From the NCBI GenBank assembly GCA_037147375.1, contig JBAWVI010000054.1:1-6448 (forward strand): a DNA stretch of 6,448 bases. Direction: 5' to 3'. Position 1 is the stretch's first letter; each line of letters opens with the position of its first letter. A program made the position numbers and the translations under genes. Positions 1 through 5,612 of the stretch are shown here, one piece after another. Origin of the DNA: an archaeon. Lineage in GTDB: Archaea > Iainarchaeota > Iainarchaeia > Iainarchaeales > CSSED10-239. The notes under the pieces were generated by a model, which had not been told where the DNA came from, ran no database searches, and saw only the letters and a list, made by a program, of their open reading frames with translations.

Positions 1-542
1 TGACCCCACATAGATAAATCAGAAAGAGACATGGATGGGTAAACCTTTTCTAATACTCCGTATTTCCCAGTATTTAATTCTTTGATTCCTAAAATATTTA
101 TTGGTTGTATTTCAAAGTGTTTAAATTTATTTTTGTGGTTTTTAACAATTTTATAAACTTTTGTTGCAAGTTTTAAATATATATTTAAATCATTTTTATT
201 AAATATCCTTGCAGTTCCTAAAACTGATTTTGTGACTGGAAAAACAATTCTATGTTTTGTGGGTGTGATTTCTCCATTTATAATCCATTGTTCTGGTTTA
301 CTCTTGTTTCTTTTTGGATCTTTTATTCTTTCTTCCAAGAATTTTTTGATTGTTCTATTTTCTAAATTTTCAAAGCACTTATCAACAGCTGCTTGTGGAA
401 CCTTTTTATCATAAATAGGAGAATGAGATTTATTTAAAGAAGAAACTTTTTTTTCAAGAACATTTATTTTTGATAGTTTTTCAGGGATACTTTTTCTTGG
501 ATTTAATTTTTTAATTATTCTTGTAATTAAGTTAGGTTTCAT
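1..542 (-). CDS. Hypothetical protein, N-terminal 180 codons only; the gene continues beyond the left window edge
   Basis: This ORF is absent from the supplied track because it has no stop inside the window. My own reverse-strand translation from the ATG at 542-540 gives an uninterrupted frame down to position 3: MKPNLITRIIKKLNPRKSIPEKLSKINVLEKKVSSLNKSHSPIYDKKVPQAAVDKCFENLENRTIKKFLEERIKDPKRNKSKPEQWIINGEITPTKHRIVFPVTKSVLGTARIFNKNDLNIYLKLATKVYKIVKNHKNKFKHFEIQPINILGIKELNTGKYGVLEKVYPSMSLSDLSMWG. A GAGGA motif (reverse complement of 550-554) lies 7 nt upstream of the ATG. The start is 3 nt after the NMD3 stop on the same strand. A 180-codon stop-free frame is unlikely by chance in DNA this AT-rich. 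I recognise no family. Confidence 0.7.
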   Translation of the reverse strand, partial: MKPNLITRIIKKLNPRKSIPEKLSKINVLEKKVSSLNKSHSPIYDKKVPQAAVDKCFENLENRTIKKFLEERIKDPKRNKSKPEQWIINGEITPTKHRIVFPVTKSVLGTARIFNKNDLNIYLKLATKVYKIVKNHKNKFKHFEIQPINILGIKELNTGKYGVLEKVYPSMSLSDLSMWG

Positions 543-545
543 AAC

Positions 546-1331
546 CTATTCCTCAAGTTCTTGTTCCTGTAATAATGCTCTTTCTTTTGGAGTTAATTCT
601 TTTTCTCCAAAATGTATACAAAAGGTATGTCTGTATGTTCTTTGCCCTTCTTTACTAAGTCCAAAAAGAGTGTTTGATATCTTATGATCTACAGCATACT
701 GGCTCTTCATAAGAGAGGTCATTATAGAATGAGTTAATCTAACGTTATCAAGATAAAAATCAATTCCTGTTTTTTGAGTGTCTTCTTTTACAATATGTAT
801 TGTTGATTCTGCACTATTCTTTCCATTCTGATTAATTGAATCAACCATGTCATAAATCTGATTATAAACCTTATTTCCAATCTTCTCTTGAATCTTTTTA
901 TCAAGGAATCTAACTTGAAGGATAGTTGTAAAATAATTACCAGCAACTCTTGAACAAACTTGACAAACTTCTTTCTTTAAGAGTATTCTTTCTTTCTTTT
1001 CTATACTAACAACTTTGTTTCCAACAAGTGCCTTAAGAGTAACTGTAACTGAGTAATCTCCTTTTTCAAAGTTTAAGTTAAGCTTAACAGAAAGTTTACC
1101 AGAATCAAGTTCCTTAATCTTAACATGTTTCTCAATTGCTTTCTCTGCTTCTTCAACATTATCATAAAGCTTAGCAGCATACTTAACCTTAGCACACTTA
1201 ACACAATAAGAAAGATCAATCTTAGGAATAACTATAACTTCATGATCCTTAAGATAACAATCAATACAGAAGTTATAAACTTCTTGTCCTTCCGTAATTT
1301 CTTTTCCACATTTAGGGCATTGTCTGTTCAT
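546..1331 (-). CDS. nmd3: NMD3-family protein (archaeal homologue of the 60S subunit export adaptor NMD3), 261 aa
   Basis: It has four Cys-x2-Cys pairs in the NMD3 arrangement: C5/C8, C22/C25, C43/C46 and C123/C126. The last pair is followed by the characteristic CQVCSRVAGNYFTTILQVRF block (the C-x2-C...QVR pattern of NMD3). The C-terminal tail is short and acidic, with no eukaryote-type NES/NLS extension. An AAGGAA motif lies 9 nt upstream of the ATG. The stop is TAG at 546-548. Confidence 0.85.
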   Translation of the reverse strand: MNRQCPKCGKEITEGQEVYNFCIDCYLKDHEVIVIPKIDLSYCVKCAKVKYAAKLYDNVEEAEKAIEKHVKIKELDSGKLSVKLNLNFEKGDYSVTVTLKALVGNKVVSIEKKERILLKKEVCQVCSRVAGNYFTTILQVRFLDKKIQEKIGNKVYNQIYDMVDSINQNGKNSAESTIHIVKEDTQKTGIDFYLDNVRLTHSIMTSLMKSQYAVDHKISNTLFGLSKEGQRTYRHTFCIHFGEKELTPKERALLQEQELEE

Positions 1332-1352
1332 GTAGTTTTTTTCCTTTCCTGT

Positions 1353-2684
1353 TTAAACATCAAGAGAAATAGTTTCTCCAACCTTTGGTGCAACTGCAGA
1401 TATTCCAAGTTCTTTTAATTTCTTTTGGAAATTAATTATGTTAACTGGATCTCCATGAATACATACAACCTTTTTAGGACTAACCATCTTAACAATTGCA
1501 AGAAGTTCGTCTTCTCCAGGATGTCCTGATAAAGAATGTTTCTTGATTGGAGCTCTTGGTTGATATATTTCTCCATCAATGTACATCTTTCCAGTCTTAA
1601 CAAGTCTATCACCATTAGTTCCTTCAACTTGGTATCCTGAAAGAATAATACTATTCTTTGGATTATCTCCAAGTTCTTTAATGTAATGCATGATTGGTCC
1701 ACCTTCAAGCATACCAGCTGTAGTTATTATTACAGAGGGCTTTCCACCATCAACAATCTTTTTTCTATCTTGCTTAGTAACATACTTGACAGCATCAGTT
1801 GCTTTTCTAAAGTTATTATAATCTTTAAAATAATCTTTATAATCTAAGAATATCTTAGTTGCTTTAACTCCCATTCCATCAACGTAGATTGGAACTTTAA
1901 TTTTGTAATTATAAAGTAAAGCAATTAATTCTTGACATCTTTCAATAGCAAAGGAAGCAATGATTGCAGTTCCTCCTCTCTTCAATGTGTCTTCAACATC
2001 TTTAATTACAGCTTTTTCAACTAATTTTCTATCCTTGTGTTTTTCAGAACCATAAGTACTTTCTGAAATTAAGATATCAACCTTTGGTAATTTTTTATCG
2101 CACCCAGCAAATAATTGAGATTCAGAAAATCTATAATCTCCAGTGTACATTATTTTCTTTCCATCCATTTCAATAACACTTATTGCAGAACCAATAATAT
2201 GTCCAGCATCATAGAACGTAAGTTTAGCATTGTCTGTTATTTCAACTGTATTTCTATAATCTAAATAGAATGCAGATTTATTTGCTTCAAATATATGTCC
2301 TTTCTCAAACGGAGGAGACTTTTTATCAAACTTTGCAATCTTTAATGTGTCTGCCCATAAAAGGTTAGATAAATCAAGAGTTGCTTCTGTTAAGAATAAG
2401 TTTGGTGTATCTGTTTTGAATAAAGATGGGATTGATCCAGAGTGATCAAGATGAGCATGAGATAATATAATTGCATCAAGGTATTCCTTAATTGCAATTG
2501 GTAACTCAACATCCTCTGAGGACATTGTTGCTTCTCCATCTTCATTTATAATTTCCTCAGCAGCTTCAAACTTAGGACTTAACTTAAGTCCATAATCAAA
2601 TAATATCTTATTTGTTCCAGTTAAAAGAAATCCACTTCTTCCAACTTCATATCCTGCTCCGAGGCATTTTAATTTTAGTGTCAT
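1353..2684 (-). CDS. Metallo-beta-lactamase / beta-CASP ribonuclease, CPSF73-like without N-terminal KH domains (aCPSF2-like), 443 aa
   Basis: The HAHLDH motif (HxHxDH, nt 2442-2459, verified by reverse translation) is present. So are the CPSF-type motifs YTGDYRF, ESTYG, SGHPGEDELL (beta-CASP motif B His) and VCIHGDP (motif C His). At 443 aa with no KH-domain N-terminus, it fits the aCPSF2 group better than aCPSF1. The HxHxDH context is CPSF-like rather than RNase J-like. A strong SD-like AGGAAGTGA lies 7 nt upstream. Confidence 0.9.
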   Translation of the reverse strand: MTLKLKCLGAGYEVGRSGFLLTGTNKILFDYGLKLSPKFEAAEEIINEDGEATMSSEDVELPIAIKEYLDAIILSHAHLDHSGSIPSLFKTDTPNLFLTEATLDLSNLLWADTLKIAKFDKKSPPFEKGHIFEANKSAFYLDYRNTVEITDNAKLTFYDAGHIIGSAISVIEMDGKKIMYTGDYRFSESQLFAGCDKKLPKVDILISESTYGSEKHKDRKLVEKAVIKDVEDTLKRGGTAIIASFAIERCQELIALLYNYKIKVPIYVDGMGVKATKIFLDYKDYFKDYNNFRKATDAVKYVTKQDRKKIVDGGKPSVIITTAGMLEGGPIMHYIKELGDNPKNSIILSGYQVEGTNGDRLVKTGKMYIDGEIYQPRAPIKKHSLSGHPGEDELLAIVKMVSPKKVVCIHGDPVNIINFQKKLKELGISAVAPKVGETISLDV

Positions 2685-2892
2685 TTGTAATTCACTTCCT
2701 ATTATATTTCACTAGTTTTTTTCGTTTTAAGAGATAATTCTTTTAATCTAAAAATAGATAAATTGGATTTTAATTTTATAAATAAAATGCTAATCAAGAA
2801 TTATTCCTACCTTTTTTTCCGTATATATACTATATATTATTAAACCAATATTATTTTATAACTATTGTATATAATATATTAGTGAAGAATAT
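2685..2892. promoter_or_regulatory. Divergent (bidirectional) promoter region between the two clusters; several archaeal TATA-box-like candidates, not resolved
   Basis: This is the only sizeable non-coding stretch inside the window, and it is flanked by divergently oriented first genes. Plus-strand TATA-like strings are tatatatt (2831-2838), ttttataa (2854-2861) and tatataat (2868-2875). On the minus strand, TTTATAAA is present within 2775-2785. I cannot assign transcription start sites from sequence alone. Confidence 0.4.
2692..2700 (-). promoter_or_regulatory. Shine-Dalgarno-like ribosome binding site of the beta-CASP RNase gene
   Basis: The reverse complement of 2692-2700 reads AGGAAGTGA, one mismatch from AGGAGGTGA (the complement of the conserved 16S rRNA 3' end). 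It sits 7 nt upstream of the ATG at 2684. Confidence 0.55.
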
Positions 2893-3519
2893 ATGAAATC
2901 ATTAAATTTTATTGAATCTACTGACTTTCTAAACGAAAACAAGGTACCTTTTGTTCTAGAAATTAAAACTATAAATAAGGAGAAAGATTTACTTAATACA
3001 AGTATAAATTCTTTTCCGTACGTTATGAAGCTTAGCTCTTCTCTTTTACACAAAACAGAAAAAAGAGCTGTTTGTTTAAACTTAATTAATCAAAAGGATT
3101 TAGTTTCTGCATTCAATTCTTTAAGTAAGTTAATGGTTAAAGAAAAGATTAAAGGAAATATAATTCTTCAAAAACAAGTTTTTGGTCAAGAACTAATTAT
3201 TGGAATTAAAGAAGATCAAGTTTTTGGTAAAGTAATTATGTTTGGACTTGGTGGAATATACACTGAAATTATTAAAGATGTTACATTTAAGGTTCTTCCA
3301 ATAACTGAGAAAGATGCAGAGGATATGATATCTAAATCCAAGGTTGGTAAAATTCTTTCAGGAGCCAGAGGAATAAAATATCCAACAACAGATCTAATTG
3401 GGTTGCTTGTAAAAATTTCAAATCTTACAATCAAGAAGGATATTAAAGAACTTGATTTAAACCCAGTAATAATTAATGAAAAAGGTTTATTTGTTGTTGA
3501 TGCTAGAGTGTTATTATGA
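2893..3519 (+). CDS. acdB: ATP-grasp domain protein of the ADP-forming acetyl-CoA synthetase (ACD) beta-subunit type, 208 aa
   Basis: Strong by-eye matches to conserved ACD-beta / ATP-grasp_5 blocks: PYVMKLSSSLLHKTEK (canonical ...PVVLKI.S..I.HKSD...), ELIIGIKEDQVFGKVIMFGLGGIYTEIIKDVTFKVLPITEKDAEDMI, ILSGARG, and C-terminal ELDLNPVIINEKGLFVVDARVLL. His53 (nt 3049-3051) occupies the HK motif. No alpha subunit (CoA-binding / CoA-ligase domains) is encoded in this window. Confidence 0.8.
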   Translation: MKSLNFIESTDFLNENKVPFVLEIKTINKEKDLLNTSINSFPYVMKLSSSLLHKTEKRAVCLNLINQKDLVSAFNSLSKLMVKEKIKGNIILQKQVFGQELIIGIKEDQVFGKVIMFGLGGIYTEIIKDVTFKVLPITEKDAEDMISKSKVGKILSGARGIKYPTTDLIGLLVKISNLTIKKDIKELDLNPVIINEKGLFVVDARVLL

Positions 3520-4655
3520 ATTTTGGTAATCTAATTACAAAAGAAGAGATGTATAATAAATTAGATGTAATTGTAAATAAGATTAAAGACATTTCAAAAA
3601 ATAAAAATATTTTAATAATAGCTCATGATGACCTAGATGGTTTTGTTTCTGCTTATTGTTTTGAGAAATATTTTTTATCACTTGGTTTTATTGTAGATAC
3701 GCACTCCATTTCATATGAAGGTATGCACAATTTTGATGTCTACTGTAGTAAACTTGATTTTGTAAATAAAGTAATAGTTATATTAGATAAATTTGATCTA
3801 GAATTTATAACTAAATTTGGAGGTATGAATTATTTTATTATTGATCATCATGAAGGTGCAAAACATAATTTCACAACTGAAAATATGATAAATATTGCAA
3901 ATTACTTTAAAACTGATGTGGTTCCATCAATGGGCGCTTACTCATATGGATACATAAAAACAAAAGAAAACATAAAGTTTCCGGCTTGGTTTTCCTTTGT
4001 TGCAAGAATCACTGATGGTACATATGAATCTAATGAATTTTTTATTCCTGTAACTGAGGATGAAAAAGAAGTAAACTATTTTATGGGACTTCCAAGAGCA
4101 GAAATTCTTGATTTTGTAGAATTTATTAATACATTTTTCAATAATCCACTTGAAATTAAAGACTTATATTTTGTGTTTAGAGAATGCTTAGATTCAGGAA
4201 ATATCTTCTATTATTTTTTTGAAAATTCAGATGATTTAATTTATTTAAGAAATTTAAAGAAAGAAATAAATAAAACAAAAGATAAGCTCTTGAAAAAGTG
4301 TTTAAAAAAGCACAAGATATATAAAAAAGAAAAATTAATATTATTTAATCTTACTGAAAAAGAGAATGGAGCAAGAAGGCTTATTCAGAATCAATTAGAA
4401 TTTGCATTTTTTGGGTATAATATTTTGATTTTAGTGAAAGAAAAAAATGAATTTGTAATATCCTATAGAACAAACACAACTAAATTTAATGTTCTTAAAC
4501 ACCTAAAACCAATTTATGATAATTATTGTAAGTTTGGGGGACATCCTTTTGCTGCTGGTGGACTTGTAAAACCTGAGTTTAAGAAAAAATTTATGAAAGA
4601 CACCTTAACTTATTTAAAAAAATATTATTCAGAAGAAAACAAGAATAAGGAATAA
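3516..4655 (+). CDS. DHH/DHHA1-family phosphoesterase (RecJ-like / NrnA-like nuclease or nucleotide phosphodiesterase), 379 aa
   Basis: Motif I is AHDDLDGFVSA (DxD). Motif II is VIVILDKF. Motif III is IIDHHE (GAT CAT CAT at 3843-3851, verified). Motif IV is ARITDG. The DHHA1 signature is GGHPFAAGG (GGH at 4536-4544, verified). The start ATG overlaps the upstream TGA stop (ATGA at 3516-3519). The sub-family (RecJ/GAN, NrnA or c-di-AMP phosphodiesterase) cannot be resolved by eye. Confidence 0.85.
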   Translation: MNFGNLITKEEMYNKLDVIVNKIKDISKNKNILIIAHDDLDGFVSAYCFEKYFLSLGFIVDTHSISYEGMHNFDVYCSKLDFVNKVIVILDKFDLEFITKFGGMNYFIIDHHEGAKHNFTTENMINIANYFKTDVVPSMGAYSYGYIKTKENIKFPAWFSFVARITDGTYESNEFFIPVTEDEKEVNYFMGLPRAEILDFVEFINTFFNNPLEIKDLYFVFRECLDSGNIFYYFFENSDDLIYLRNLKKEINKTKDKLLKKCLKKHKIYKKEKLILFNLTEKENGARRLIQNQLEFAFFGYNILILVKEKNEFVISYRTNTTKFNVLKHLKPIYDNYCKFGGHPFAAGGLVKPEFKKKFMKDTLTYLKKYYSEENKNKE

Positions 4656-4657
4656 TT

Positions 4658-5590
4658 ATGTTATATAATCTTGATTTACATACCCACTTAAGAAAAGCAC
4701 ATCAATCACCTAAAAAATATTGGGCTCAAGTTATTGAAAATAATCTTCTTGGTACAGCAATAACTGAATACAATAATTGCAATCCTAAGAAAGCATATTT
4801 TGATCTTCTTTCAAGTAAACCTAAAGATAAGATTTTAATTCCAGGAATAAAAATAATGAGTGATTGTGGAGAGGTTCTTGTTTTTTCAAGCGATGATGAT
4901 ATGTACAATTATTCTATTCTTTATGAAGATAATGTTTCTTTAAAAAGATTAATTGATTTTTGTGTTAAGAAAAATTATTTAATAACCATTGCACACCCAT
5001 TTGGTTCTATTAAAAATTCAGCAACTTATATTATGGGACTTCCAAAACTCGAAAAATTAATTTCTGAAAAAAATATTGGTGTTGAAGCATACACAGGTAT
5101 TCTTGGATATCTTTCTTATTATATGTATGATTCATTTTTCTTAAAGACCCTAAAGAAGTTACTTGATTTTTTTGAGATTCATAAATTCTTTGAAACAATT
5201 GGAGTTTCAAGGATTTCTGAAAAACTTACAAAGAAGATTGATCAAAAGAGTTATGATGTGGTTTTTAAGTTTTCTGCAGCAATTAAGCTTGGACAAAAAG
5301 CTAAATATGTAACTGCTGGTTCTGGAAGTTATTATGTTGATAGAATAGGTAATGGAGTTTTAACTATTGATGTTCCAAATCCAAAAAGTTTCTTTGAAGA
5401 AATGGACACTAAAAAGCAAAATTCATTTATACTAGATAAGATTAAATCAAAGAAAATTGTTGCTGTTGGTCCTCCAGGAAAGTACACAGAAGGTTTATTT
5501 GTTAGATCAACTGCAAGAAAAACAAAGATTAAAGCATATAATGATTTAATGTATTTAACAAAAAATTCAATCAAGCAAGATAAAAAATAA
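4658..5590 (+). CDS. PHP (polymerase and histidinol phosphatase) domain protein with a divergent active-site complement, 310 aa
   Basis: The N-terminal LDLHTHLRKAH carries the PHP motif I HxH (CAT ACC CAC at 4679-4687, verified) plus a third His at residue 15. The central LITIAHPF matches the PHP AHP motif. GVEAYTG and GSGSY occupy the positions of the later PHP motifs. An AAGGA motif lies 6 nt upstream. The start is 2 nt after the DHH gene stop. Confidence 0.7.
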   Translation: MLYNLDLHTHLRKAHQSPKKYWAQVIENNLLGTAITEYNNCNPKKAYFDLLSSKPKDKILIPGIKIMSDCGEVLVFSSDDDMYNYSILYEDNVSLKRLIDFCVKKNYLITIAHPFGSIKNSATYIMGLPKLEKLISEKNIGVEAYTGILGYLSYYMYDSFFLKTLKKLLDFFEIHKFFETIGVSRISEKLTKKIDQKSYDVVFKFSAAIKLGQKAKYVTAGSGSYYVDRIGNGVLTIDVPNPKSFFEEMDTKKQNSFILDKIKSKKIVAVGPPGKYTEGLFVRSTARKTKIKAYNDLMYLTKNSIKQDKK

Positions 5591-5612
5591 ATATTTATAT
5601 TTGTGATATATT

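Noticed and set aside
232-414. Track ORF of 60 aa on the plus strand
   Set aside because: It lies entirely antisense to the 180-codon minus-strand frame, which has an RBS and operon context. The product is Phe/Leu/Ile/Ser-rich low-complexity sequence typical of antisense frames in AT-rich DNA, and it has no start context.
1125-1418. Track ORF of 97 aa on the plus strand, spanning the NMD3 / beta-CASP junction
   Set aside because: It is antisense to two motif-supported CDSs. Its composition (F, L, N, I, S) is that of a shadow ORF, and I recognise no motif.
1436-1708. Track ORF of 90 aa on the minus strand, inside the beta-CASP gene in another frame
   Set aside because: It is fully nested out of frame in a CDS whose own frame carries the conserved beta-CASP motifs B and C in exactly this region. 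It has no independent RBS or recognisable domain.
2505-2570. Acidic stretch (EAAEEIINEDGEATMSSEDVE) between beta-lactamase motif 1 and the HxHxDH motif of the beta-CASP RNase, possibly a lineage-specific insertion
   Set aside because: I cannot establish that it is an insertion without a multiple alignment to aCPSF2 homologues. Loop-length variation there is plausible and of no clear significance.
2862-3053. Track ORF of 63 aa on the minus strand, overlapping the start of the ATP-grasp gene
   Set aside because: It is antisense to a well-supported CDS and extends into the promoter region. The product is low-complexity, and nothing supports translation.
3216-3434. Track ORF of 72 aa on the minus strand
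   Set aside because: It is antisense to the most conserved part of the ATP-grasp CDS (the MFGLGGIYTE block), so it is a shadow ORF.
4255-4340. A-rich, Lys-codon-rich tract in the DHH gene (KKEINKTKDKLLKKCLKKHKIYKKEKL), considered as a slippery or frameshift site or a repeat
   Set aside because: The reading frame continues uninterrupted into the conserved DHHA1 motif, no alternative frame is open, and Lys-rich linkers are normal in AT-rich genomes.
4726-4908. Track ORF of 60 aa on the minus strand
   Set aside because: It is antisense to the N-terminal part of the PHP CDS and has no motifs or RBS.
5332-5574. Track ORF of 80 aa on the minus strand
   Set aside because: It is antisense to the C-terminal part of the PHP CDS and has shadow-ORF composition.
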